From a virus: 64,000 nt of DNA. The position numbers and the translations under genes were made by a program. This document shows positions 40,066-49,283 of the stretch, in pieces; the stretch's first letter is position 1, and each line of letters begins with the position of its first letter. Below the pieces are notes generated by a model. It was not told the DNA's origin. It made no database searches and saw only the letters and a program-made list of their open reading frames with translations. Location of the stretch: positions 1 through 64,000 of IMG/VR virus record IMGVR_UViG_3300032236_000771; one strand, written 5' to 3'.

Positions 40066-40236
40066 TCAATGGTGCCCTAAGTACATAGCCCAGTTCAAAC
40101 TATAACGGTTTAAACGTGGTCCGTGTACTTCGAACTCCTCATCGGCTAGTTCTACTAGACCCAGTGGAGAAATAGAGATAGTTAAATCGCTACTCGCTGC
40201 ACGGTACGATGGTGGGGAGAAATCGAGGAAGGACAT
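40066..40236 (-). CDS. Portal 5' segment (56 aa) ending at in-frame TGA, out of frame with the 3' segment
   Basis: Manual: MSFLDFSPPSYRAASSDLTISISPLGLVELADEEFEVHGPRLNRYSLNWAMYLGHH*; GGAGGTG RBS. Confidence 0.8.
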   Translation of the reverse strand: MSFLDFSPPSYRAASSDLTISISPLGLVELADEEFEVHGPRLNRYSLNWAMYLGHH

Positions 40237-40292
40237 CAGGCATCACCTCCTAGAGTTTCGGCGGAATTCCGCATTGGCATGTAAACCTTGCC

Positions 40293-40868
40293 CTACTTGT
40301 AATGTTCTTCTAAAATGGTAGCAATAAGTTGCTCCGTACTAATGCCTAACCTAAGAGAATCTTCTTGCAATTTTGACGCCGTGTCTGTGCTAACTAAAGT
40401 TTTTGCACGAATAATGCTCTCTTTAGTCCCAAGCCATCGGCAGTTTTCAGGAGAGTAAGGCCCATCAGGATTGATTCGGTCAAGTTGTTTCTCCGGGCTA
40501 AATCCGTTATTTAATGCCCATTCCTTAAACGTAAAGAAGTCATTTAGCCATTCGTCACAGACCGTAACTCCGAGTGCTCCATAAAAACGATAATTACCAG
40601 CGTTTTTGTTATAGCAACGTTCTTTAATCTTTAGCCAACGCCTATAGATAGGGGTTCTTGACTCGCCATGGTTTTTGACCCTAGTGAAGGTCTGAACTTT
40701 GCCATCCCGCAAACGAGTCACTTCTTGCCTAGGATTGGTGTCCCATTTTTCTACCCTCTTGATGTGGCGACAATTCTTGCACTGGGACTGTAGTCCGTCA
40801 GCAGTGGTTTTGTTTTTATGGAAATCATCAATGGATTTCACTAGACGACACTTTGAGCAAGGTTTCAT
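40293..40868 (-). mobile_element. Free-standing HNH-like homing endonuclease
   Basis: CSKC...CKNC, W..IK.RC.N....Y..YG..G..VC.EW, LDRIN.DG.YSPENCRW; AT-richer; own TATACT leaderless promoter. Confidence 0.8.
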
Positions 40869-40904
40869 CCACTAAGTATAGCGGTGAACAGCAGGTGGGA
40901 ATGT

Positions 40905-41189
40905 CTACTTCTTGTCGCCCTTTTTTCCCTTAGCTGACTTATCAGCCTTGTCCTTGTCCTTGAGTTTCTTGCTCTTGGCGAGGTGCTCTTTACGACGAGC
41001 CTCCATCTGCTGAGCCATAATCTTCTTACGGCGAGTAGTTTCGGAGGTGTCTTCAAACTTTCCGCCCAGTTCCACATAACGCTTGTGCACCCAGTGCGAA
41101 GCACCTGGGGATGGGTAGGTAGCGTACTTGGCCTTAGCCTGTGTGACAACCATGTGCCACAAAGTAGAATTAGTAGGTACCTGTGCCAT
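40905..41189 (-). CDS. Basic hypothetical protein
   Basis: AK.KY.TYPS..AS.WV.K.Y...GG.F; AGGAG RBS. Confidence 0.75.
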   Translation of the reverse strand: MAQVPTNSTLWHMVVTQAKAKYATYPSPGASHWVHKRYVELGGKFEDTSETTRRKKIMAQQMEARRKEHLAKSKKLKDKDKADKSAKGKKGDKK

Positions 41190-41243
41190 AGAACTCCTCT
41201 ATGTCTAAGCACCCCGCCCTAAGGCGGGGCACTCCGACACTAA

Positions 41244-41639
41244 TTAGTCGTTGACTACGGTAGGGTTCAGACGCTGAGTGCGTCCACCCGATACAACGGT
41301 AGTCTCGAACTTCTGCTCTGCGTAGTCGCTGAACGAGCCGTGAGCAAACTCCGACAGGAAGGTCGGGGCTTCAATCCAAGCAGCCGAGCCAACGTGTGCT
41401 CGTTCTGACAGGGTCTCAGCAGCAGGCTTCTGCCATACTGGTGCATTGCGGTTTGGGCGACCAGGGGCAGCAGCGAAACCGCTCATTACGCCCTTCTGGA
41501 AGTCGGTTGGAACGTCAGTGTCAGTAGCAACGCCTTCTTCAAAACGAAGTGGGCCACGACGCTCAAGGTTGCCAGCAAGCTTACGCTCGTAGACCTGAGG
41601 TGAACGCTCTGGGAAGTTAGGGGTTGGACTGATGCCCAT
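41244..41639 (-). CDS. Conserved virion-module protein
   Basis: 131 aa, AAGGAG RBS, between terminase and portal. Confidence 0.75.
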   Translation of the reverse strand: MGISPTPNFPERSPQVYERKLAGNLERRGPLRFEEGVATDTDVPTDFQKGVMSGFAAAPGRPNRNAPVWQKPAAETLSERAHVGSAAWIEAPTFLSEFAHGSFSDYAEQKFETTVVSGGRTQRLNPTVVND

Positions 41640-41732
41640 GATAAACTCCTTAGTGATGGATAGGAAACTGCAGTATTTCCAATCTCTAGTTTGGAGTGTT
41701 TCGGGCCTTTTTGTCGGGCTAACTCAAACTTT

Positions 41733-43325
41733 TTACGCAAAGAATGGCGACATGCTGACCTCTACCTCAGGCATTGTAAGTTCCTTGGTTAGAGAGCAGG
41801 CAATGGCTAGGGAGTCAACAAAGTCATCGTGTGCATGGGCTTCGTTAGGGGCTGCTACTGTGAATATGTTTCCCTTGTACTGGATTTCGGCATCAGTCAT
41901 TTGCTGGTAGAAACGCTTCCAAACGCGAAGACGGCGGGTCTTAGCGTGGGCTGGGTAACTGATTGCCCGTCGCTGAATCAGAGCCTGTAGGTGCTTGAAT
42001 CGGCCAGACTGCTCTTGCTGGCTTGACGTTAGTCCAATAACCTCGGCCCTTGGCAATAGCAGACGAAGACGCTGGGCTACTACGTCACCAACACCGTTGG
42101 CGTCAATGCCCACGGCCAGTACGTCGTAGTTAGATAGGAAGTTGACGATTTGGAAGTACTGTTCTTCCCAGTCATCTCCCTGCAGTTCTAGCCAGTTCAG
42201 TACCCGGTGGTCGTAATAGCCAAACTCATCTGGCCTATCCCAGTCCACGAAGACCACGGTCACAATAGTGGAGTCCATCTTACGGGCGGGGTCAATTCCT
42301 ACGACTACTGGAGTCTGGTGCCAGACCTTGACTAGCTCTTGAGAGGTGTCTCCTAGTTCATCCATGACAGAGGATGACACAAACATTCCTCGCTCAAGGA
42401 GCCACTTGCACATGTAAGACATCTGGAACTCATCAGAGTCCTCGCCAATGCGGAGCATCTCCTGCTTGATGAACTTCTCGTAGTTAGGGTTGACCTTGGC
42501 TACTTCTCGCCAATCCCATTGGAAGTGGTTCTGTCTAGCCCCACGCTCAGTCTGCTTACGTTTGTTCAACTGGATGGACTGATAAAAGTTATTCTTCGAG
42601 GTCGTTGGGGTTCCAGTCTTTACCATGGTTCCCGCATAGTATGCCATCATCGGAGAGATTGACTTGTTGACGATAAAGTCGTCCGCTTCCTGACACTCAT
42701 CGATAATGACGAGGTGGAATGACTTTGACTCAATCTTTGCACGAGGGTTGGCCGTCATCATCATTACGGTAGAGCCGAGTCGCTTTAGGCGAATCTGTCG
42801 GACTACTCCACCCACACGCTCGGTGCTGTCGTCAATTTCTGGGTCGTCTAGAATCTCCACAGCTCGCTCTGAAGTCAGGCGGCTAACGGTACGGCCAAAC
42901 AGTGTTTCAGCCTGACCTTCAGTAGGTGCAAATAGACCAACCCACAGCCCATCTTTGAACTTACCTAGAAGGTCTGGATACAACTTGGCAAGGCTAGGTA
43001 GTAGAACCATAAGGGTGGCTACTGTGTCAGCAACGGTCTCAGACTTTCCTGACTGACGAGAGGCTAGGGCAGTGATTGCCTTACCGTCACCAATAATGAC
43101 TGACTCCATAATGCGTCTAGCCAAAGGCTTCTGGTATGGGTGCAAGTCGTGGCCAACAAGGTGCTTTAGGAATTGCATCATCTTGTCGATAAGGCGGTCA
43201 ACGAACTGCTGAGACAACTCATCGAGTTGCTCCTCATCGTCTACAACGGAATCGGAACCATCCTCCTGATAATACTCAGGATTGATTTCCTCAAACTGTT
43301 CTAGGTCTGGCTGGGTATCGTTCAT
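41733..43325 (-). CDS. terL: Terminase large subunit
   Basis: HPYQ, SRQSGKS, IIDECQ, TGTP, GIDPAR..D, D.NGVG, HDDFVDSLA. Confidence 0.96.
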   Translation of the reverse strand: MNDTQPDLEQFEEINPEYYQEDGSDSVVDDEEQLDELSQQFVDRLIDKMMQFLKHLVGHDLHPYQKPLARRIMESVIIGDGKAITALASRQSGKSETVADTVATLMVLLPSLAKLYPDLLGKFKDGLWVGLFAPTEGQAETLFGRTVSRLTSERAVEILDDPEIDDSTERVGGVVRQIRLKRLGSTVMMMTANPRAKIESKSFHLVIIDECQEADDFIVNKSISPMMAYYAGTMVKTGTPTTSKNNFYQSIQLNKRKQTERGARQNHFQWDWREVAKVNPNYEKFIKQEMLRIGEDSDEFQMSYMCKWLLERGMFVSSSVMDELGDTSQELVKVWHQTPVVVGIDPARKMDSTIVTVVFVDWDRPDEFGYYDHRVLNWLELQGDDWEEQYFQIVNFLSNYDVLAVGIDANGVGDVVAQRLRLLLPRAEVIGLTSSQQEQSGRFKHLQALIQRRAISYPAHAKTRRLRVWKRFYQQMTDAEIQYKGNIFTVAAPNEAHAHDDFVDSLAIACSLTKELTMPEVEVSMSPFFA

Positions 43326-43549
43326 AAGGCACGTTTCTTGAGTTCTCGGATAATGGCCGTCAATGCCTCAGCGTTGGCTTCTGCGTCAATCAATACCTCG
43401 ACGCCATCACGCTGGTGGTGGACTACTGCCCTACCAATCGCTGGGAGCAGACTCTCCGTCCACATAATCAAGTCCATAGTCGAAAGACTCTGTGCCCGCT
43501 TCTCTGCCTTGGTAGGCTGGCGGTTCCCATCCTTCTTCAAAATCTTCAT
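43322..43549 (-). CDS. Hypothetical protein coupled to terL
   Basis: ATGA overlap with terL start. Confidence 0.6.
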   Translation of the reverse strand: MKILKKDGNRQPTKAEKRAQSLSTMDLIMWTESLLPAIGRAVVHHQRDGVEVLIDAEANAEALTAIIRELKKRAL

Positions 43550-43790
43550 CAGTTAGTACTCGCTCCTGAATGGCCTTTCGCAAGGCTTGTTCTTCATCTA
43601 GTTGACCTGACCACTTACCAACGACTAGGGTGCGGTAAAACGGCAATCTAATCATAAAAGGACGAGAGGTCCTAAAGGGCTCTGAAATCTCTTGGGTTTC
43701 ACCACGGACAACAAACTTCTTGCCCCAGTCTGCTGGTAGTCGAAAGTATTGTACGAAGTGATTTTTTCCGATGTTGTGTACCTTGGGCAT
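43431..43790 (-). CDS. Hypothetical protein
   Basis: Likely start MPKVHN just after the upstream stop; 3' end overlaps the next ORF by 119 nt. Confidence 0.55.
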   Translation of the reverse strand: MPKVHNIGKNHFVQYFRLPADWGKKFVVRGETQEISEPFRTSRPFMIRLPFYRTLVVGKWSGQLDEEQALRKAIQERVLTDEDFEEGWEPPAYQGREAGTESFDYGLDYVDGESAPSDW

Positions 43791-43794
43791 GGGC

Positions 43795-44571
43795 CTAACT
43801 TGCTCTGCGTTGTCTTGGTGGGGTTGCTCTTGCTGGATTCTTTCCTGGCGACTTCTTGGCTCTGTTCCCGTAAGTCTGGTTAGGCTCTCGAACAGTCCTA
43901 ACTTTTCTAGACTCAGTCCATACTTTAGTGGCTGAGTGAGTAGTCTTGCCTGGCTGGATGTATCGCTTGTGGACAATCTGCTGGGTACGGGCTACTCGGT
44001 AAAGTTGCTCACGAATGCTTGCATCAATGGTCGATACATCGGCAGGGCCTCGGTCTTTGGCGATAAATAGGCCATCAACAGCCTGAGCACCGGGCTTTGG
44101 GTCTTCGGCTGCCTTATTTAGCCAAGGGCGTCCTTTAGAGTAAGATGCACGGAATGCTTCCCATTCAGACTGGGTAACCCCGTAGTAGTTGTAGAACGTG
44201 CCGTCCCGGAACACGACCGTCATGGTCTGACGACCAGCATCATAACCAGCGGCTACAGTGCGAGGACGGCTGTAGTTGGTGGACGATGTCGGGATGTCTG
44301 ACTCGGTAAAGGCGACTACGTTACCGCTCTTTGCAGACTCCTCGTGCTTGTCCTCATCTTGGTCATAGTAAAAACCAGCACCTGCGTACTCTTCACCGCG
44401 AACAAGGATTGACTCTTCATCACTAGCAAAAATTTCAGCGGCAGTTTTACCTGTGCGGGTACGCATGTCATAGGTAAGGCCGTAAGTATCGCCCTGAACA
44501 ATTGGGCCCAAGCTAGACTGGGCCTGACGACGGTTAGGTAGTTGATTTGGGGGAAGACTGTTCCTAGCCAT
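43795..44571 (-). CDS. KTSC-domain protein
   Basis: AGYD.....M.V.FRDG..Y.Y.GV....W..F..S.SKGR. Confidence 0.75.
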   Translation of the reverse strand: MARNSLPPNQLPNRRQAQSSLGPIVQGDTYGLTYDMRTRTGKTAAEIFASDEESILVRGEEYAGAGFYYDQDEDKHEESAKSGNVVAFTESDIPTSSTNYSRPRTVAAGYDAGRQTMTVVFRDGTFYNYYGVTQSEWEAFRASYSKGRPWLNKAAEDPKPGAQAVDGLFIAKDRGPADVSTIDASIREQLYRVARTQQIVHKRYIQPGKTTHSATKVWTESRKVRTVREPNQTYGNRAKKSPGKNPARATPPRQRRAS

Positions 44572-44585
44572 TACAACTCCTTAAA

Positions 44586-44630
44586 TAAAGAAAACCGCCC
44601 TACCAGTTTAGAGGTAGGACGGTTTCTTTA
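44586..44630 (-). terminator. Intrinsic terminator
   Basis: AAACCGTCCTACC...GGTAGGGCGGTTT-TCTTT. Confidence 0.75.
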
Positions 44631-44641
44631 CTTGCTAAGTA

Positions 44642-45316
44642 TTACGAAGCGAAGTACGGGGTGATGGTGATTGCGGTACCAACTGCGATGTCCGAAGCAC
44701 CTGCAGCAACCGACTGGGCCTTGATACGTCCAGCCTTTGCAGCAACCTTAGCGGTAACGCCAGTGAGACCTGAGTGAGGGGTGATGTTACCGTGAGTCTG
44801 TGCCCAAGCAAAGTTATTAGCGTCAGTTACGATGGTAATGGTGTGGGTGCCGTTTAGGTCCGCATCTGCTGAAGCCGAGCCTGAACCGTTAACGAATCCA
44901 GCAACAGTAACAACGTCACCAACAGCGTAGCCGTGACCAGTTGAAGTTACCGAAGCGACGTTAGAGGTTAGCGAAACACCTGTGATTGCAGGGGTTACTG
45001 CACCAGCAGTGGTGATGGTGCCGAACTCTGCATCAGTCAAGGTGTCAACTGCGTCTGCAGTCAACTGACCGATTACGTTAGGAACAGTGATGTAGGCAAC
45101 GCCTGCATCAACTGAGCCAACAGTGTTTGGTACGTACAGTGGGTAGCCGTTCCAGCCAGCCTCAGCAATTACGTGGTTGTCCTTGGTGTAGTCAAGGTTA
45201 GTGCCACCATTGTCACGGCGAACGTCGTTTGGCTGTAGAGGGAAGTTTCCCCATACAAAGTCAATAGCGACGTTACCCTTGTCGTCGAGCAAGTGCCCGT
45301 CTTGATTGGTTGTCAT
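44642..45316 (-). CDS. Virion decoration-type protein (PASTA-like fold with beta-barrel insert)
   Basis: VPNVIG....A...L..A ... I.AQS.AAG....GT.ITI, split by HGYAVGDVVTV...LNGTH. Confidence 0.6.
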   Translation of the reverse strand: MTTNQDGHLLDDKGNVAIDFVWGNFPLQPNDVRRDNGGTNLDYTKDNHVIAEAGWNGYPLYVPNTVGSVDAGVAYITVPNVIGQLTADAVDTLTDAEFGTITTAGAVTPAITGVSLTSNVASVTSTGHGYAVGDVVTVAGFVNGSGSASADADLNGTHTITIVTDANNFAWAQTHGNITPHSGLTGVTAKVAAKAGRIKAQSVAAGASDIAVGTAITITPYFAS

Positions 45317-45369
45317 GTTTTTCTTTCTCTAGAGTGATTTGTTGCATTCCCCGTGCACGGGGGAAACCT

Positions 45370-45606
45370 TTAGTCTTCTAATTCACAGTCGTGAATCGCC
45401 AGTTCGTGTTCGGAGACTATCTCGGTGCACTTCTTGCAACGAAACATTCTTACGTCGTCTAGGGCTATGTGTAGAGAGTCCCCGTATTGTTCCTCGGCCT
45501 GAATCCTTGGCTGATAGAACAGCTCAGGAGGAAATGGGCCTCTTGCTGGTGAAAAACCATGAGGGACTGCATGTCCCTGCACAGCGAATTTACGAATTAT
45601 TGGCAT
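45370..45606 (-). CDS. Hypothetical zinc-finger protein
   Basis: FRCKKC...L..H.C. Confidence 0.6.
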   Translation of the reverse strand: MPIIRKFAVQGHAVPHGFSPARGPFPPELFYQPRIQAEEQYGDSLHIALDDVRMFRCKKCTEIVSEHELAIHDCELED

Positions 45607-45829
45607 CTTCTGCTGGGGCTTCCTCAGCAGGAGTGTCAGTAACTACTGGGTCCGTTTTCTTTTTACTTGGTGTTGGCACGACTGGTGCTGGTACGTCAAT
45701 CTTTAGAAGTCCCGCAGCCTTCTGGCTTAGCAGGAACTTAGGCAGGTGCTTTTCGCAATAGTGGATGACAAAATCAGCGGTGACCTTGTAACCGTATAGG
45801 GCGTCTGATGCACAGTTTGAACACTTCAT
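45590..45829 (-). CDS. Hypothetical protein
   Basis: CSNC...YCEKH; TAATG-coupled. Confidence 0.65.
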   Translation of the reverse strand: MKCSNCASDALYGYKVTADFVIHYCEKHLPKFLLSQKAAGLLKIDVPAPVVPTPSKKKTDPVVTDTPAEEAPAEDANNS

Positions 45830-46308
45830 TAGTCCTCCTCAGGCTGACGTGGGGTTTCTGGGGTTGTAAAGTTCACTTCGTGGTTAGGGCCCTTGAAAGT
45901 AACAGGGCTACCTGGCTGCACGTGTTGGGCAAACTCAGTAGACAAGAACAGGTGGTGGAAAGATGCGTCCTTGGCAAGTTCGGCATCTGACTGGGCTTTT
46001 TCCAAAGACTGCTGGTGACCGAGTGTCTTCATGGCCACTTCGTGCTTATTGGCCAAACGGTTCTGGGCCATAGTGCGAAGGTGAGCACCCTTATCTAGTT
46101 TTTCCGAGGCTTCAGTAACCTTGTCGATGAGTTCGAGTTTCTCGGCCTGAGTCATACCTGCACCCACTCCTGCTTTAGTGGCCTTCGACTTAGCTCGAGC
46201 CTTGATGGCCTTCTGAGCTAGGGTAGCCGCTCCGCCAGCAAGATTGCCAACGACCTCTAGGCCAGTGTTGCCAACAACTGGCTTAATTCCGCCTGGATTT
46301 AGTTCCAT
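45829..46308 (-). CDS. Hypothetical protein
   Basis: Helical ORF; start uncertain (MELNPGG). Confidence 0.6.
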   Translation of the reverse strand: MELNPGGIKPVVGNTGLEVVGNLAGGAATLAQKAIKARAKSKATKAGVGAGMTQAEKLELIDKVTEASEKLDKGAHLRTMAQNRLANKHEVAMKTLGHQQSLEKAQSDAELAKDASFHHLFLSTEFAQHVQPGSPVTFKGPNHEVNFTTPETPRQPEED

Positions 46309-46648
46309 TAGCAATCCTGTTCTCAATGTCCTCGAAGCGTTTATTGCCCTCTTCTAGTCTGCCATCTATTTGGTTTATTTTCTCTTCAACTCGCTTCAAA
46401 GAATCTTTCATCGAAGAACCGCCATTATGGCTCAATTCGTTCTCCAAACGCTGAAGTCGCTCTAGAACACCCGGAACAGCTTTGTGGCCACGAGATGCTG
46501 GTTCACCAAACCAGTCGCGAGTAAACCTATCTAGAGCCTCGAGCAATTTACGAGTTTTCTTGACAATAGGATTCAGCAATTTCCACACCACACCAACAGC
46601 ACCACCAATTGCGATGATGGTGGTGCAAACCATTACTAACGTATTCAT
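46283..46648 (-). CDS. Single-TM lysis-cassette membrane protein
   Basis: N-terminal TM, PGV.ERL..LE.EL..NGGSSMKD. Confidence 0.7.
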   Translation of the reverse strand: MNTLVMVCTTIIAIGGAVGVVWKLLNPIVKKTRKLLEALDRFTRDWFGEPASRGHKAVPGVLERLQRLENELSHNGGSSMKDSLKRVEEKINQIDGRLEEGNKRFEDIENRIANGTKSRRN

Positions 46649-46842
46649 TTTTGGATTAGACGTCCTCCGCCAAATCCCTCCGAGTTTTGCCTGCCCGGTC
46701 GTAGGTAATGGAAAATTACGCTACGCTCGTTGGACTTGACCTTGCCAGAAGGAATGGCCTCTGACTCCAGGGACGCTAGGAAGGCGGAACGGTTACGTCC
46801 GCCTAGCCTATTGTTTGGAGCCAGAGGCTTTCTTGGAATCAT
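46645..46842 (-). CDS. Small basic hypothetical protein
   Basis: Coupled at both ends. Confidence 0.5.
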   Translation of the reverse strand: MIPRKPLAPNNRLGGRNRSAFLASLESEAIPSGKVKSNERSVIFHYLRPGRQNSEGFGGGRLIQK

Positions 46843-47252
46843 TAGCCAAATGGGTCTGGTGCAAGCCCAGTTGCTGGGGCTTCAACCACAGGTGTGGCTG
46901 GAGCAGCAGGAGTAGTCAAGGTGAAGTCCTTGGCTTCTACGGCAGGGGCAGCAGGAGTCTCGGTGGCACCCTCAGTAAGTTCGAGAGCAGCCTTAACATC
47001 CTTGTCGCCTTCGGCCTGCTTAGCAACAGCAGCACGGAAGCCCTTTTCGATGTCCTCGTGCGAGACGCTTGCGTCCCAAGCCAACTGGATACCAAAGTAG
47101 ATGATGATGCTTGAGAACACGGTTGCAACACCGTTAAGTCCACCAAGCACTGGGCCAATGCCAGTTGCGGCACCTGATGCCATACCTGGGATAAATGCGA
47201 AGAGAATCACACCGACAGAGCGGGTGATAATATCCTTGAGTTTCTGCAACAT
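46842..47252 (-). CDS. Putative holin
   Basis: Two hydrophobic segments; directly after endolysin. Confidence 0.65.
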   Translation of the reverse strand: MLQKLKDIITRSVGVILFAFIPGMASGAATGIGPVLGGLNGVATVFSSIIIYFGIQLAWDASVSHEDIEKGFRAAVAKQAEGDKDVKAALELTEGATETPAAPAVEAKDFTLTTPAAPATPVVEAPATGLAPDPFG

Positions 47253-47262
47253 AATTCTTTCC

Positions 47263-47844
47263 TTAGATTGCTACTGGAGCCTCAGGACCCGCTGGGGTGT
47301 CGTGAGGGGGAACGACTGGGGCAGGGGCATTGTGCTGGTCCTGCTGGTCAGGGTGTGGTGCTGGGATGACAGTCGGAGTCTCAAGGAACTTGACTGGACG
47401 ACCAAAGCCTGCAATCCACAGGGTTCCAATGGTGTTGATGGTTACTAGACCAGGGGTTGGGTTAGTCGAGTCAGCCGATACGTAAGTAACGGTCTGCTTC
47501 TTGAGGTCAACCGAGATAACCATGCCGACGTGGTCGGTGTTGGTGTTCTTGCCGAGACCCTTCTTCGACTCCCAGTCAAAGATTACACAGTCACCAGGCT
47601 GAACCTCGGTGAGGTCAGTGGTCCAGGTCTTGTTGTGGATGCAGAAGTCGCGGAGGACGTGGCACGATACGATTACTGGACGGAGACCCGAGAAGTACGA
47701 GTAACCCAGTGCACAGTCGTAGAAGCCGTGAACACGGTTAGGGAAGCCCTTAGTGGTGCCGTTGAGCCATGGAAGCTCAGTACGAGGCTTGCCTACAAAG
47801 GTCTTAAAGTTGTGGATTGCATCGTGAGCAGTAATTGCCACCAT
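47263..47844 (-). CDS. Endolysin, CHAP/NlpC-type amidase
   Basis: DCA.GYSY, PGDCVIFDW, DHVGMV, IAGFGRP. Confidence 0.8.
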   Translation of the reverse strand: MVAITAHDAIHNFKTFVGKPRTELPWLNGTTKGFPNRVHGFYDCALGYSYFSGLRPVIVSCHVLRDFCIHNKTWTTDLTEVQPGDCVIFDWESKKGLGKNTNTDHVGMVISVDLKKQTVTYVSADSTNPTPGLVTINTIGTLWIAGFGRPVKFLETPTVIPAPHPDQQDQHNAPAPVVPPHDTPAGPEAPVAI

Positions 47845-48144
47845 GTTGTTTCCTTCTTCCTTGCCAATCAGGCGTAGAGAATTTGATAGGTATGGTTTGG
47901 TGAGCTCAGATAGTGTGACGAATAGAAGGCGTCAAAGAGTTGTACGAGTATTATTGTCGAACATTACTCCAGAATAAACACGCCTAACTCTCAGGGTCTT
48001 CCTGAATTTTGGCTTTACTTTGGGCCGCTCGTCGTGTTATCGACATCTTTTGTTGACTAGCGAGAAGATTTCGGGGCCTAGTCACACGTTGCGGTTTCTT
48101 TTTACTCTGATGAGATTGTCTGACCAAAAACACTCCTGATAGAG

Positions 48145-48179
48145 CAAGGGGCACTAGTCACCTCTGCTAGTGCCCCTTG
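48145..48179. terminator. 13-bp perfect hairpin
   Basis: CAAGGGGCACTAG-9nt-CTAGTGCCCCTTG. Confidence 0.6.
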
Positions 48180-48227
48180 TCTCACTATTCCTGTCGGGAT
48201 TTGTTCCTACCATTGCACGTGGCAGGT

Positions 48228-48548
48228 CTAGTAAGCAGCCGTGCCCCCATAGTCAGGCACTTGAGCCTGAATAGGACCGCCGCCAACCTTGCCCTCATCT
48301 GGAACCTCAGGGGTTCCCACTGGAACACCAGTATCGGTGCTCACTTGCCCAAAGTCTGAAAGGCCACCAATTAGGCCAGGCATTACATTCCAAGCGTAGC
48401 CGGGAGTTCCGTCATATCCCATGGCTGGGTCGCCAACGCCCTGCACGACGTATGAACCGCGAGGGGCGATAACCTGCTTCTGGCCACCAAACATCCCAGA
48501 GGCTAGGGCACGGGAAGAGTTCTGTGCTAGAGATAGTGGGGCAGTCAT
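48228..48548 (-). CDS. Gly/Pro-rich hypothetical protein
   Basis: TAATG-coupled. Confidence 0.6.
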   Translation of the reverse strand: MTAPLSLAQNSSRALASGMFGGQKQVIAPRGSYVVQGVGDPAMGYDGTPGYAWNVMPGLIGGLSDFGQVSTDTGVPVGTPEVPDEGKVGGGPIQAQVPDYGGTAAY

Positions 48549-48763
48549 TAACTACCAAATCCTTGTTCGCCAATTTGAGTGTTCTTGGCTGGAGTGCTCT
48601 TGGTCTGCTCGAACTTTTCGTCCTGACCGTTAGGCAGGCCCTCTTCAGAGGCTGAGCCACTCTCACTCTGTGCACCGTTATCGTCGGTGTAAGGCTTAGA
48701 GTTGAGGTTATCTTCAGAAGTGTTGTAAACACCCTGGGTAGAGCTACGGCAATCTGAGCACAT
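48548..48763 (-). CDS. Small hypothetical protein
   Basis: MCSDC start, TAATG-coupled. Confidence 0.55.
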   Translation of the reverse strand: MCSDCRSSTQGVYNTSEDNLNSKPYTDDNGAQSESGSASEEGLPNGQDEKFEQTKSTPAKNTQIGEQGFGS

Positions 48764-49239
48764 TAGTTAACTCCCTTGGCATCTACGCCTAATTTTTCAA
48801 ACATTTTTCTGTTCTTTTTTTTGTCATCGTAAGCAGTCTTGACATCGAACTTTGGCAGGATGTCTTCCTCAAGTAGGTCACGCTTGACCTTCTTGTCCTT
48901 GTCTTGGTTGTCGGTAGGACGCATAACTAAGGCGTCGTACTCAATGCCGTTCTTAGCAAGCCACTTCTTAGTCTCATCACGGTAGTGAGCGGAACGAGCG
49001 GTAAGGATTACGATGTTGTCGCCATCCTGCTTGGCTTCCTGAAGTTTCTCGACAATCTTCTTGTTAGTGCCCACCTCGAGAGCCTCAGCCGCGAAGTTGG
49101 CGTTCTTGCCGTTCTTAGCCTTGTGGTGCTTCTCCCAAGTCATGTTGTCTGCGAGAGTGCCGTCCAAATCGAACACAACGGTGTTTCCACGCTTGTGGAG
49201 TGGCTTCTGTAGCTCAAACTCGTTGTTATGACTAGACAT
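48763..49239 (-). CDS. HAD phosphatase (T4 PNKP phosphatase-like)
   Basis: FDLDGTLA, ILTAR, T..WL, L.MR....D..VK, YDD. Confidence 0.88.
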   Translation of the reverse strand: MSSHNNEFELQKPLHKRGNTVVFDLDGTLADNMTWEKHHKAKNGKNANFAAEALEVGTNKKIVEKLQEAKQDGDNIVILTARSAHYRDETKKWLAKNGIEYDALVMRPTDNQDKDKKVKRDLLEEDILPKFDVKTAYDDKKKNRKMFEKLGVDAKGVN

Positions 49240-49252
49240 ACCCCAAGAATAG

Positions 49253-49278
49253 CAAAAGGGGCCCCTTTCGGGACCCCT
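49253..49278 (-). terminator. Terminator fused to leaderless promoter
   Basis: GGGGTCCC-GAAA-GGGGCCCC-TTTT then GC-TATTCT-6nt-ATG. Confidence 0.75.
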
Positions 49279-49283
49279 TAAGA

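Noticed and set aside
40062-40068. Group I intron in the portal
   Set aside because: Only 7 extra nt; no room for a ribozyme core, and the HNH lies outside the gene
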